Assembly: GCA_010093705.1 (NCBI GenBank)
Contig: MU006089.1
Span: forward strand, 127,628 to 153,234
Direction: 5' to 3'
Origin: Patellaria atrata CBS 101060
Taxonomy: Eukaryota
Length of the DNA: 25,607 nucleotides
The position numbers were made by a program, and so were the translations under genes. Shown here piece by piece: positions 1-11,949 of the stretch (positions are counted from its first letter, which is position 1; each line of letters starts with the position of its first letter). The notes below the pieces were generated by a model that saw only the letters and a program-made list of their open reading frames with translations, did not search any database and had not been told where the DNA came from.

Positions 1-1054
1 ATCAGCTGGTTCAGTAGGTGTCCCATCCCTCATTGCTGTATCTTGGGAACCGTCGATCTGTGAAAATGACTGCTCTTGTCGTAGTTTCTTTCTGGGTGGT
101 TCTTGGATATCTGCGTGATCAACACTGTTTAGTGTGCCATATGCGGAATCGCCTAATCCACCGAAACTCCGCTCGGACTGTAAGCTGTGCATACTCTGCT
201 GGCTACCGCGAAAGGAGTCCTGACTTCCCATGGCTGGCTGAGAAGGTCGAGCTCCCGCTTGACCAGGTCGACGTTGCGCGCTTCCGGGTCTAGGTGCAGG
301 AGAGTTCATTCTGGCGACCTTATTCATGGCTGCAATCGCGCTGGAAGCCGTCGTAGAGATATTCGAGAAAAATGTCCCATTGGAGGTTTGGTTATTTGCG
401 CGTGGATCCATGGATGAGGTATAGAATCTTTTTCTGTTGGCTGCCATTGCTTGCTCTTTTGTCGGTGTATCTAATCCCTGGCCGGGTCCACCAGAGCCAT
501 CAGAGCTAACATCGTAATCTAGAAGTGGTCGAAGTACATCCTCAACTCCATATTGCCTACAGAATTCCCGGCCTCGTCGGTAATTGATCCATGTCCCCTG
601 ATACTTTCCATATCCTCCCTGAACTTTCTCATGTTCACCTATCAATATCTCTTTTTCTAAGACTTTCGTACGCTTGCCCTTATCCACACCGGCTACCTTG
701 AGGATCTGCGTAGCATTTAACCAGGAATCGGATCGCCTTCGCATGACAGCAACGCCATTGACCTCCATTTCATAGACAGATACGCCAGAATATACAGCCT
801 GCATACCAGATAGGGTTAAAGACCATGTATCTAAGGCGTACGGAGACCAGGGAGTAACTTACAGTGTAGATTTGCGGTGCGTGGGCCATTTGATGTTGGC
901 CATTTGCTTCAGGAAAGCTTCGAAACATAGTTGACTGTACCATCATGCCCGGTTGTGAAGTGTTGTACATGTTCTGCTGAGAAGATGGTGCAGGCGCACT
1001 GAAAGAAGCGGATCGGCCGTCGAAGGAGTTTAATGGTGGTGTTGCAACCTGCAT
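1..1054 (-). CDS. SWI6: APSES/KilA-N domain G1/S transcription factor, Swi6/Cdc10/Res-type MBF subunit (partial; 3' end lies beyond the left window edge)
   Basis: ATG at 1054; exon 1 is 1054-863 (64 codons); intron 862-799 (GTAAGT...CAG); exon 2 starts at 798 and runs toward the window edge. Manual translation gives [99 protein letters not shown], a clear APSES domain. Family is secure; the Swi6 versus Mbp1/Swi4 assignment is from memory of filamentous-fungal homologues, and ankyrin repeats would lie outside the window. Confidence 0.9.
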
Positions 1055-1388
1055 TCTTTATGTTCGAGCGAAGACCTATTGAAGCGTAAATATGGTTTCG
1101 GGGGGGAAATAGAGCGCGGCAGAGTGTTTTATAGCAAATGATGATATGGGCGCATTGGGCTTTATTGTGGGTGGGAGAATGTAGGCGGTAGGGGGGGTAA
1201 GGGGACGGCCGAGTGGGTGATGAACTGCCAGCGACCTGACGGAGGTTTGGTCTTGTGGTCAATGTGATCGCGATAACGATCCGGCTCTCAAGCTGAGCGT
1301 AGAGAGTGACGGAAGTTTGAGGCTTTGTCACGAGCGTTGGTGACAATAATGTATTACCTACAGTGCGGAGGTTACCCTCGTACCGTGG

Positions 1389-1394
1389 ACGCGT
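1389..1394. promoter_or_regulatory. Single MCB (MluI cell-cycle box) ACGCGT in the divergent promoter
   Basis: Exact ACGCGT in the 529-bp gap between the APSES gene and the LYR gene. A lone hexamer can occur by chance. Confidence 0.2.
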
Positions 1395-1583
1395 TCTCTT
1401 AGGGCCATATTCGGCTAGCTCAATTTTACGGGTAGGTTACTATACTGTATCTTAGTCATCTGGAATTTTGACGGGAGATGAACTCTCGACCGGAGCTCAG
1501 ATCAGGTCATTTATTAGCAACCTCAAGAGAATGTGCTTAGATTCATGTCGCTCATCTAATCATTTGTTCACTCTCTCAGCTAT

Positions 1584-2909
1584 ATGCCCCTACGTAGTAC
1601 TGCTAACAATTCACAGGTAGCTCTTCATCTCTATCGTGAAACCCTTCGAGAATGTACCTATCTTCCCGATCCAGCAGCGCGTATTTATATTTCGAGCTAT
1701 GTACGCTCCCGATATAGGACTGTTAAATCAAAACTTTTAGAACTACAACAAAAAGAGAAGAAGGACAAGCTTCTGAAGCAAAAATTACTGGCACGATGGA
1801 CGCGTGCATTGGCATCTGGACGCAAATATCGCAACCAACTACGAAGAGCCAATGAAGGCGAGCAAGAATGTCTCAAGCGCGTACTTCTTCATACATATGG
1901 ACGAGCTGGGGAACGGCGCTATGCCCTCCTTCAACCACTCTTGCTAGCTGATCCACAGGAAAGTTCGAGAGCTACCTCTGCGACAAGGAATGAAAAAAAA
2001 GGTGCATCTATTGAATCACTGCCTGATTACATTAACCATCATATCATGGTGACACCTAGGGGAGGAGTTGATCCTCACGGAGTTCCTATAGTACAATATC
2101 GGATTTCACCGCAGTATTCTAGATTGAAGGCTTTGGCTGAAGCGCAGTGTCAATTGGGCATTTCGTCTGGACTTTCTCGGATTCCCTTGAAATCCTCCGT
2201 AGCTTCATTTCCCCGAAATAATCAGTGGGCTCGTCGTATGCCGGTGAAAAGGGAGAAAAATTTGTTGAAGCGTTGGTTCGCGCAATTTCTGGACAAGTTA
2301 TTCCCTCCGCTTCCGGAAGATGAATGGGAGAGACTTAGGGATCTTGCATCAGGGGAAGAGCCATGGGAAGGTCCTCGTCCGAGACGTACGGGTATTCAAT
2401 ACAATGTTTCCAATCTTCATCCGGATGCCCTAGAAATGATCCTTGCGCCCAGGTTCGGTCATAATCGAGCAAAGCAGTTCAGCTCACACGGAAGCATCAC
2501 TCCGACGGTTGGTTCAACCTTAGATTCGACCTTATCTCCGATCTTGGACAGCCAGATATGCGCGAACACACAGCTAGAAGCAGCCCATATTCTCCAAGCT
2601 TCAAAAGTGAATCAATATGTGCTCAATGGTGTTCTAGATGATTCGGTTGGCTTCAATCGGCTAAGGAAGCCAACTATTGAACGTTCTAACGGGGGGATCT
2701 CTAGACCACACCAGATAACTGCACGATATATGAGACGCCTATGGCAAAAGGTATTCTCGGAAACTCCTGTTCTCCAATGGGATACAACTCGCAACGACTG
2801 GAAGGTCAAATTCGGCACTATCAACAGAGTGAAACCGACTCCAAAACTACCAGATGCTGATCGTTTGCTCTTTGTTGGCGTCTCGAACAAAGGCAGAATC
2901 GAAAGATGA
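1584..2909 (+). CDS. LYR-motif-containing protein (Cup1-like N-terminal LYR domain), probably mitochondrial
   Basis: Intronless 441-aa ORF with an N-terminal ALHLYRETLRECTYLPDPAAR motif, a basic composition, and later blocks (VLLHTYGRAGERR, MPVKREKN...WF...LDKLFPPLPEDEWERLRDLASG, RPHQITARYMRRLWQKVF) that I associate with this fungal family. Confidence 0.8.
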   Translation: MPLRSTANNSQVALHLYRETLRECTYLPDPAARIYISSYVRSRYRTVKSKLLELQQKEKKDKLLKQKLLARWTRALASGRKYRNQLRRANEGEQECLKRVLLHTYGRAGERRYALLQPLLLADPQESSRATSATRNEKKGASIESLPDYINHHIMVTPRGGVDPHGVPIVQYRISPQYSRLKALAEAQCQLGISSGLSRIPLKSSVASFPRNNQWARRMPVKREKNLLKRWFAQFLDKLFPPLPEDEWERLRDLASGEEPWEGPRPRRTGIQYNVSNLHPDALEMILAPRFGHNRAKQFSSHGSITPTVGSTLDSTLSPILDSQICANTQLEAAHILQASKVNQYVLNGVLDDSVGFNRLRKPTIERSNGGISRPHQITARYMRRLWQKVFSETPVLQWDTTRNDWKVKFGTINRVKPTPKLPDADRLLFVGVSNKGRIER

Positions 2910-3174
2910 TGCATGGACAACTGACCATGAAGGACACTGTCTAGACTGGAACTCATGTAGCTTTCAAATTGAATTACGATTCTCCTCTTTTATATTCCAA
3001 ACTTCCTTTAGAATTCTACAATCAAAATTCTATTTCGATTATGTATCACGTGATCAGGAAAAAGCTCGGATTGGCCTAGGTCACAGCCTAGCTATTGCAT
3101 TTTTACATCTCACGATGAAGCGCAATATGAGCTTTGCAAATTTATAAGGTGGGGTGCAATTCTAACTAGTCATT

Positions 3175-3783
3175 ATGCCAGAATCCCCATCAATCCGGCA
3201 TGCAACGCATGAAGGTATGTTCTTGCCACAATATTCGCACTTCGTATTATCCCACTAAGAAATATTGTTTCCAGATATCCCTGAGGTTTTAGCCATGATC
3301 AACGAGCTCGCTGGTTTTGAAAATGCTCTTCACGAAGTCAAAGCTACGGAGGCTTCTTTATCTAGAACCCTAAGTTTTGCTCCCGAATCTTCGTCGTCCT
3401 TTCATGAAGATGACAAACCCAACCACCTACCAGAGCGTGGCTACGCCAGAGCACTCATTCTAGTGGATCCAGACATGCGGGTAGCAGGTATGGCGCTTTA
3501 TTTCTATAACTACAGCACATGGCGCGCCGCTCCTGGAATCTACCTCGAGGATCTATTCGTAAGACCAGAATATAGAAAGAAGGGATATGGGGGACTATTG
3601 ATACGGGAACTCGCAAAACAAGTCGTGGGTTTGAATGGCGGAAGGTTGGAATGGGCATGTCTGAAATGGAATGAGAATGCTCTGAACTTCTATCGTGGTT
3701 TGGGTGCAAAGACTATGGATGAGTGGGTGGGACTTAGAGTTGATGGTGATGCATTGATAAAGTTGGCTGAAAGTGAACCTTGA
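3175..3783 (+). CDS. ats1: GNAT-family N-acetyltransferase (SSAT/Ats1-like diamine acetyltransferase), 182 aa
   Basis: Exon 1 is 3175-3214, intron 3215-3274 (GTATGT...CAG), exon 2 is 3275-3783; spliced length 549 nt is in frame. Motifs: YFYNYSTWRAAPGIYLEDLFVRPEYRKKGYG (acetyl-CoA binding) and RLEWACLKWNENALNFY. Confidence 0.9.
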
Positions 3784-4229
3784 GGGTAAAACATTTCCAT
3801 TATAGGACAAGCTGAAACGTTGTAACACTCCTAAATTATCATTCCAACCCCATTTGTTGAACTATTCATACTTGCAATCAAAATCCATCGATACCATCGG
3901 TATACTTTCCACGTTTTGGTACCCTGGATTATCGTATGCGGAGAAAAGCGCTTTCAATTCCGCTGTAGGCAACGAGTGAGAGTGTCCAAATGAAGTTACA
4001 TATACGAACACCTAAATGTACATGCTTGCAAAATCAATACGAGACCGAGCTTATGACAGTGGGGAGGTAAGCCAGTAATTAAGCTTGCTTCAAATCTACC
4101 TGCTTAACATTCATGTACCGGACAGCAGAGCTCACCTTGATATACATATCCTCTGCTGAAAGCCCAGAATAATCCTTATTGATCAATTACTGTAAGCTAG
4201 TCTACAAATACTCAAGGGTGAATCCACTG

Positions 4230-6522
4230 TCAAATTTCCCCTCGACTGCCTCTCTCCTTCTTACTGATATACCTGACTAGGCTTTCGCAGAGTCTATCTA
4301 GAACAAACTCAGGCTCACTCTTTCGGGCCATCATGGGACTGTTCTCCCCTATCCAATCCCACTCAATCAAATCTTCATCTTCATCTTCTGTTTGCTCATC
4401 TTCCTTATTTTCTTCTTTATTCGACTTTAGACCTCCAGGCTCTTCTCGGTCTCTCCTTTTATTTTTTGAAGACGTGAATCTGATCAATTGCGTATATTCG
4501 ACCCATTCCTCGTAACAGTACTTTTTGGGCTTCTCCTCTTGCAAATCATTTGCCGTTTTCCTAATAGCCGCTGCGAGTCTTCGTGCTAATTCGTCCTCAT
4601 TAATACCCTTCCCCTCGTCAACCGCCTTCGCATCTGCAGCTAAACCTTCAAATGTCGCAACAGGTTCGTTGATGCTAGTCTCTGAATCGGGGCCAATAGA
4701 CAAACCTTCCTGCTGACGTATCCTGGCTGCTTTCTGTTCATGTCTCCGTTGATAGGCTTGCATGAACGCGAGCAACCAAGGAAGATGACTTGGTACCGCT
4801 TTCCAAATACCCTCTTTTGGCAACACCGTGAAATCTGCAAACTGATTTGTCCACTTTTTAAAGCCTGATATGACCGTATCGCCCATATCGCTTACCAGTA
4901 GTGTCATCGTTGGTACGGCTAAAAGACTCCAGATGACGAAGAATGGTCTACCGGCATTGCTCTTTGGACTAAGATCCCCGTATCCAATAGTCAGTAGTGA
5001 GACGTAGCAGAAATACAGTGCTTTGAAATAAGTCATTTTCTGCGTTTCTTTTTCCGACCGCCAGAAAACAACAGCACCAACGCACCAGAGGATTCCGAAG
5101 GCGATGACGGAGACTGTGAGTGCTGACCATCTCTTAAATCGAGCAGTTTGCTGTTCAATAGAACGCATGGCGTTAAAACGGTCGCGTTCCTCTCGTAGGA
5201 GGATGAGTCTGGGTTTATGACGGCGAGCTGCTTGGGTTAGAGTATTTCTTCGGGGCCTAACTGGTTTAAGATGAGCCTTGGATTCATCCACAGCATTAAC
5301 TGGAGCGGAGATGGATGGATGATGGGTGGCATCGATTCGAATTCGCCTTCGGTCAAGGTCTACCGAATTGGTTACTGTACGGTCAAACGTCCGTACACGT
5401 TGACGTTCGACATGCTTGTGGACAATTTTCTCGTGGCCAATTTCCCCTACGAATTTGTTGATACTTGAGATGACAAGACCAAGCATGATAATCCCCCCTA
5501 CTGAGTACGGAAAGACAAGACCACGGCCAACATCATCGGTGGGGTAGAGGTCACCAAAGCCAACAGTTAGGATTGTCACATCACAGAAATAGAGCTAAAA
5601 TAGTTCTCAGCTTCGAAGCAAGAAATGAAATGTATATTGGTAAATGTGTACTTACGCCATCAGCAAATGTCCATGGCTTGTCACCGTAGTTTGATTCGAC
5701 ACGGGAAAATACAGCAGCTCCACCACCTAGCCATGCAAAGAAAAGCATCGTCTGCAGGATGAGAGTTCGCTGAGAGTCTGTCAAAGCGAAGTGTTGGGGA
5801 TAATGGCCTAGAATGTACCCCAACATATTTATCATCAAGATCATAGAACATATACAGTACAGTACAGCTGCGATGACAGCATACCAGTAACCTTGTGTAT
5901 ATGTCTCCTGGGGACGGTTGGGCGGGACATAGATATTCATACAGGCAGTAATGGCAATGAGCTATAGTGTCAGTTCCGCGCCGTTGTACAGAATTTTAGA
6001 ATAGTACTTACAAGACCGGTAGAAAGATACCAGGAAGCAATGCTCATAGGCAAAGCGACAATATAACGTACAGTTTGGGTAAAATTCATCAATAGGAAGA
6101 AATTGCCGATGAAGCCGAATATGAGAGAGGCAACGTTCAGCCAGTAACACCTTTTTTTAGGGTTAATTATATTGTATGAGATAGCGAGTGGATATTGTAC
6201 CATCTGGGATCTGTAAAGGGAATCCCTTCAAGTTCCGGTATCAACTGCCCAGATTCATCTATGATGCTCATTCTCCAAGGCGTGACAAGTGCAGCGATAG
6301 ACAGCACATTTGCCAACGGTCCTATCGTAGCTGCGAGGAGTCTGAAGAACTTGTCTGTTAGACTGTACGGATCTCTTATTGCGGTTGTACGCTGGACTAA
6401 TAATAGTCACGAAGGAAACTTACGGTATAGCGGTAGACGCAAACCACCAATCCCTAGATGACCATCAATCAGCCAAACCCCTTTTCGTCTTACCATGCTT
6501 CCTGTGAGACTTCGCATGACAT
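4230..6522 (-). CDS. TOK1: TOK1-type two-pore outward-rectifying potassium channel, about 669 aa
   Basis: Six exons: 6522-6494, 6453-6424, 6341-6201, 6150-6012, 5961-5656, 5594-4230 (2010 nt, in frame, all GT-AG). Two selectivity filters, LYFCDVTILTVGFGD and YVSLLTIGYGD, plus N-terminal WWFASTAIPLLAATIGPLANVLSIAAL and several TM helices. The first exon and start codon are less certain because they need a 40-nt intron. Confidence 0.9.
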
Positions 6523-6911
6523 ATGATATCTTAGTCTGATGTATGCTCACAACAAAATATTTTCTGACTTGTGCTGTATAGGGATGGAGAATTCTATTTA
6601 TGATAAGGGGAATGGATAGTACAGTAGAGTACAATAACACAGAAGGAACAAATGGAAATCGCTGGAACTGACGTTTCTCCCGCATTGGTCTGGTGAATCT
6701 TCATATTATATTGACGTACCGTATCGTGCAAGGGGTCGGGTATGTGACAGTCTTTCAAAGTGGGTCAGTTCTTTGAAAGGAATACTAGTCTAGAACTATC
6801 TTAGCACCACTTCTAGCTCATCATCGGAACATCACCCTTGAACCTCGGGCTTCATCCGTCATACTGTATGTACTTAATCATTATTATGATTCCAACCACT
6901 TACTACTCACC

Positions 6912-8386
6912 ATGTTTGCCCGTCAGAGGCCGAAACTCATACAATCATGGCCAATAAGGCGAGTGCACCCATCGGTGTGTCTTCAACAGGGACGACTTGC
7001 TGCTCGAGCATCGTATCAAACCTTGAATCTGACCCGGAAAATCGTTACTGACGACGATATCGCTAACCTCGCCGCAAAGCCACTTCACCCTCTTACACTC
7101 GCGGATTTAGTAAAGTAAGCTGTTTAATACCTTTCAAAGACTGTCCATTCTTACGTCTAACAATCCATAGGCATGGCCACCCTCCACTGTCGGAAAAGGC
7201 GCTCTTCAATTCAGCCAATTTTACGCTATCCATCCTACCCACACGCCTAGCCCATCGTATACAATCATTGCGCAACTTACCATTCATCGTCGTCTCCAAC
7301 CCTCATGTGTCGAAAATCCACAATAACTACCTACATTCTCTTTCCACACTACTACCATGGGCGGAGACGGAGATAAACACATTGGAGGACGAGATCAAGT
7401 TCACCGAGGTCATGGCAGACTTGGTTCATACACATGCAAATACGATTTCAATACTCGCAAGAGGCTTTTTGGAAGCCCGCAAATATATCTCCCCATCAGA
7501 GGTAACAAGGTTCTTGGACGAGCATCTCCGCGCTCGGATTGGTACCCGTTTGATCGCAGAGCAGCACATCGCGCTACACTTTTCGTCTCAACCACATCGT
7601 GAGCTAGAAAATGAATCCACACATGACAACCACGGTAATAATTATGATGGTTCAAGCTATAATGGGGTCATTGACACTCAGTTGTGTCCGGCGAGTATCA
7701 TCCGACATTGCGAAGGGGTAGTTGGGGATATATGTGAATTGAAGTATGGTGTGCGACCTAGAATCATCATTAATGGGGAGCCAGAATATACTTTTGCCCA
7801 TATACCCGTCCACCTAGAGTATATCATTACCGAGTTGCTCAAAAATGCTTTTCGAGCCACTATTGAGAGGGGAATGGAGCGTGAGCCAGTCGAGATCACG
7901 ATTGCCCCCCTACCGGAGCTCTCTGTGTCGAACTCTGGCCATAAAGGAATCAAAAACAGTATGCAGGGAAATACGGATGAGGCTTCTAAATCTCTCGGCT
8001 CTGATACTAAAGGACATATCGACGGTGATGAGCTCATCCGCCCGTTGGAAGAGTCAACCCCAGGGGTGACCATACGAATTCGAGACCGCGGTGGAGGCAT
8101 ATCCCCGGAGAATTATGGGCACATATGGGACTATAGTTTCACGACGTTCAATGAGGATCAGATATCAGATACGCTCTCTGGCAACTCTGAAGGCAATATT
8201 GATGCGCTCACTACAATATCGGGATCTAGTGGCGTCGATGCGAATAGTCTTGCGGGCTTAGGGTATGGGCTCCCTCTAGGAAGAGCTTATGCTGAGTATT
8301 TCGGAGGTGGAATTGCGGTGCAGAGCTTATGGGGATGGGGAACGGATGTTTATCTTAGCTTAAGAGGCGTGGGCAAAGTTGACTGA
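6912..8386 (+). CDS. Mitochondrial alpha-ketoacid dehydrogenase kinase (PDK/BCKDK family, GHKL ATPase fold), 472 aa
   Basis: Exon 1 is 6912-7114, intron 7115-7170 (GTAAGC...CTAAC...TAG), exon 2 is 7171-8386 (1419 nt, in frame). Arg-rich presequence-like N-terminus, LPTRLAHRIQSLRNLPF, RARIGTRLIAEQH, N box ELLKNAFRA, G1 box IRDRGGGI, G2 box LAGLGYGLPLGRAYAEYFGG, and G3 box GWGTDVY. Confidence 0.93.
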
Positions 8387-10092
8387 AGGAAGGTAGGAAT
8401 TGGAAAGTATGCGGGTATCGATGACAAAGACACACAGTGGTTGAAGGTACATCTCATTCATTCCTCAGAACTGCTAACACATACCGCACACTTCACGTGA
8501 GTCGGAAGCGTCAATTAGAATGGGCTGTGGGACAACGATACATAACTCTTATTTGTATCTCCAACTCGTCCACCTCTAAGCGGAGATGTGGATTCTTCGG
8601 AGCTTGGAAGGCGTGAGCTACGTATTTTCGAGTGTCCACTGGGATTGAACGTTAGGTTGCTCCTCACAGGGGGTTGGTGCGCGAGGAAATCAAGATCATT
8701 GGGAACTGGCGAGGAATATGCTCGAAACATTGCTCTAGGTATGATATATGGATGTATCTGTACTGTAGAAGGACAGGTACAAGGCCGCTCAACTATTTTC
8801 GTGGACCTATTCTCATTTATCTGCTGGGACTTTCTCATTGAACAGAGGGAAAGAGGTAAAAAGTGGTACTTATCAATGTACCCGTCAATGCAAAAGGGCG
8901 CTGTGAACCTATTGGACTAAGGGATACTGTAATACCTCACTGTTCGTTATTGGGAAGTGAGTGTACGATATGCACTCGGTTTACTGTGAAAATTGAAAAG
9001 AGAAGGTCTGAACTGACTTAGGTATGTCTGGCGCTATCAAAGCTTCCGTTTATGCCGGCTGAGAGCTTTATACCTTACCTTAACTCAATGCTGTACAATT
9101 GACCCCTTTTGGGTCTCAAAGCGCCGATTTCGTACCTTTAGCTCTACCCCACCTAAAGGTACATACGGTACTAGGTTTCCTACGTCCTGAGGTGATATCA
9201 AATCGGACGAAGGTAGCCATTTGTAGGAAATAAGCCTAGAAGCGCACAGGGCCTTTGAGGTATGACTAGAGGTTTAAATCAACGTTCAGGTTCTTGTTGT
9301 TCCTTGGAGTAAGTACCAGAGTAACGTGCTGGGAAATCTGATGGATCTATTTGCGTTCCGCCATACCATAAGACATAAAGAACACCGTGAGAAAGTTTCT
9401 AAAATTTTATGTGACGCTGCTTAACTATATCAAGATTATTGGACAGGTTCATTTGGTTTCATTGTCATTGTTGAGATATGTCCGTCATCATATTCTAGCT
9501 CCCGCAGTTTCCAACGTGGAAAGATGTCCGAAATGTATCTTACAAGTTCTGTTAACATCATCTACTTTACCTTACGGTATACTCTCCTATTGACTTACAT
9601 CGTCGCCATGCCGTCAGCTTATATTTCTGCGACTCCGCCGAGACTTGTTGCGTCACGCGTGTGCACATCCATCAGTATGACATGTTGGGTAGTATTTGTA
9701 GTCGGTCCCGATGCTTCCTTCTATACAGGTCAAAGCAGTCCCTCAAAATCTTTCAGATGGACATTCCCTCCAGCCTCCATTCTAAACTTACCGCAGAAAT
9801 TGCTCCTCGCCTTCGAGCAGTGACAGACTCTACCAGAAACGCCATGGCTTTTGAGAAGAATACTAACCAGGTCGACTCTGTCCACCACCCATTACGAGCT
9901 TCTACTATGGCCATTGCTAGAGCAAGTCAAAGCGAGGACGTGCACCTAGGGTTAGCCATGTACAGACTGCAAACGAAAGAACTGCCGATATCATCGGGAA
10001 GGCATCTGGAGCAGTGAAGGGTGGCAAGCGAGAGGATGATGGATTGTATTTTACTAATAACGAAGGCATCCCATGTCCTGATGCGTGAGTGA

Positions 10093-11949
10093 ATGAGACT
10101 GCCTAAAAGAGTTGAGGGGAGCATCACAAAGTACAGCGAGCACAGCAAAACCATTGGAGTGCTTCCACTGGCGAGCGACGTCTTCTTATTCCAGTCAGTA
10201 TCTCTTTGAAACAAGAAATCAGGTCGATATTCTGAGCTAACAATTCACAGGAAGCAACAACATTTCAATCGATCCAAAAACCTTGAGCGTAAGCCGTAGC
10301 TTTGTTGAACCTTATGCAAGCTTCATTGATCAAGTAGCTCACTTCACCCTTCTAAGGAATGGTACATCCTTGTGGATCTGGAGCGTTTGGGTACTTCCAG
10401 TGCACCAAGGATGTCACTGGACTCACGGTATGCTATCCTTAATATATTCTCATGCTCCAGCTGTATTGGGCGTTGGCTCATCTGAATAGAATGCAAATTT
10501 CTTGTCAACTATAGGAGAGATGACTCCCGTATTTGTCCCCTTCTCGACTGTCACTTTAGGACGGGAATACCCTGATGAGGCTCGCAACCCTCGTGGGTTT
10601 GCTATAAAGTTCTATACTATGGAGGGCAATTACGATATAGTGGGTTTGAATTTTGTAAGTGAACGGATTTCCAAATACTGCCTTAGTTTGTGTTGACGGA
10701 AAATAGCCCGTCTTTTTCTGCCGAGATCCCATTCAGGGGCCGGATGTCATTCGTTCACAGCACCGTAATCCGAGAAATTTCCTTCTCGACTACGATGCGC
10801 TCTTCGATCTGTTAGGAAACGCTGCGGAAAGTAACCACGCAGGTCTTATGTTCTTTAGCGACTTTGGTACACCCCAAGGATGGCGATTTAATCACGGTCA
10901 CGGGGGTGAATCACGACGGTAAATTCGTCTACATCAAGTATCACTTCATCGCTGACCACGGCTAGAAGCAATTCACTCAACAAGAGGTCACACGAATCTG
11001 CGGTGAGAATCCTGACTACTCCAAACGTGACCTTTGGAATGTAATCGAAGCCGGAGAGGAAGTCACATGGACAGCACACGTCCAGGTTATGCAACCAGAA
11101 GATGCAGATGCCGAGAAACTCGGATTTGACCCTTTTGATGTCACTAAAGTCTAGCCTCGAGCACAGTTCCCGATGCAAGAATTCGGACGTCTGGTCCTGA
11201 GCAAGTACCCAGAGAACTTTCACCGTGATGTCGAACAAGCTGCATTCTCTTCAGGTAGCATGGTCCCGGGTATCGAAGACTCTTCCGACCCTCTTCTACA
11301 GTCCCGCATGTTCTTTTATCGAGATACGCAATACCACCGCATCGATGTTAACTTGCATCAAATCCTCGTCAACTGCTCTTTCATGGCCAAGTCCTATGCT
11401 TCGCTGAATTTTGATGGCTAAATGCGTGTGGATGCAAATCATGCCGGCAACAAGCAATACGCACCAAATACCTCTCCCATGAATTCCGACCAGATACAGG
11501 TGAAGCACCTTATCAAGTTAGCGACAATATTATTAGTCGGAAAAGCCACTACTAGCATGAAGGGCAAGAAGAATGAATATGGTCAGGCGAGGGATCTTTG
11601 GACGAAAGTGATAAGTGAGCAACAGAGGCACAATACTATCAAGAACACCGCGAATCTCCTTCAGTGGGTTAAATATGCAGAGATTCAGGTAAGTCATCCC
11701 CGTCGACATCAATGAAAGACACTGATGTTGACAAATAAACAGAAGAAGTATCTTTCTCAGGTTTACAATATCTCGAACGACTATGCTCAAGGTATCTACG
11801 ACCTTTTACCGAAGAAGGATTTCGAATTTGCTGAAGTACAGAAGTTTTCCGAAGACGCTCATCTTTGGTACAAGGGGAAGAAGTTCAGATCTAGCTAGGG
11901 CGAAAGACTCACTAGATATTCGCTGCTAACGGCAATCTACAATATGTAG
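10093..11949 (+). pseudogene. Monofunctional heme catalase pseudogene (multi-exon, multiple stops and frameshifts)
   Basis: Spliced reconstruction reads LPLASDVFLFQKQQHFNRSKNLERMVHPCGSGAFGYFQCTKDV...[46 protein letters not shown]...FDPFDVTKV*...DVEQAAFS...DPLLQSRMFFYRDTQYHR, keeping the distal His, the Asn and the proximal RxFxYxD Tyr. Premature stops: 10963-10965, 11152-11154, 11419-11421, 11553-11555, 11896-11898. There is a frameshifting deletion near 10900-10906 and further frameshifts near 11475 and 11563. The 5' start is uncertain. Confidence 0.92.

Noticed and set aside
18..1346. ORFs 18-293 (+), 187-417 (+) and 909-1346 (-)
   Set aside because: They are antisense or alternative-frame shadows of the APSES gene and its 5' region, with no recognisable motifs.
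6752..6779. 9-bp inverted repeat CTTTCAAAG...CTTTGAAAG in the TOK1/kinase divergent promoter
   Set aside because: Short and isolated; plausible by chance in 25 kb, with no supporting context.
8515..8920. Overlapping 107-aa and 110-aa ORFs after the kinase gene
   Set aside because: No motifs, they overlap in opposite orientation, and I found no convincing gene structure.
9132..9174. 10-bp hairpin GTACCTTTAG...CTAAAGGTAC followed by CTAG, resembling a Helitron 3' end
   Set aside because: The CTAG is followed by G rather than the expected T, the stem is AT-rich, and no matching 5' end or Rep/helicase sequence is seen.
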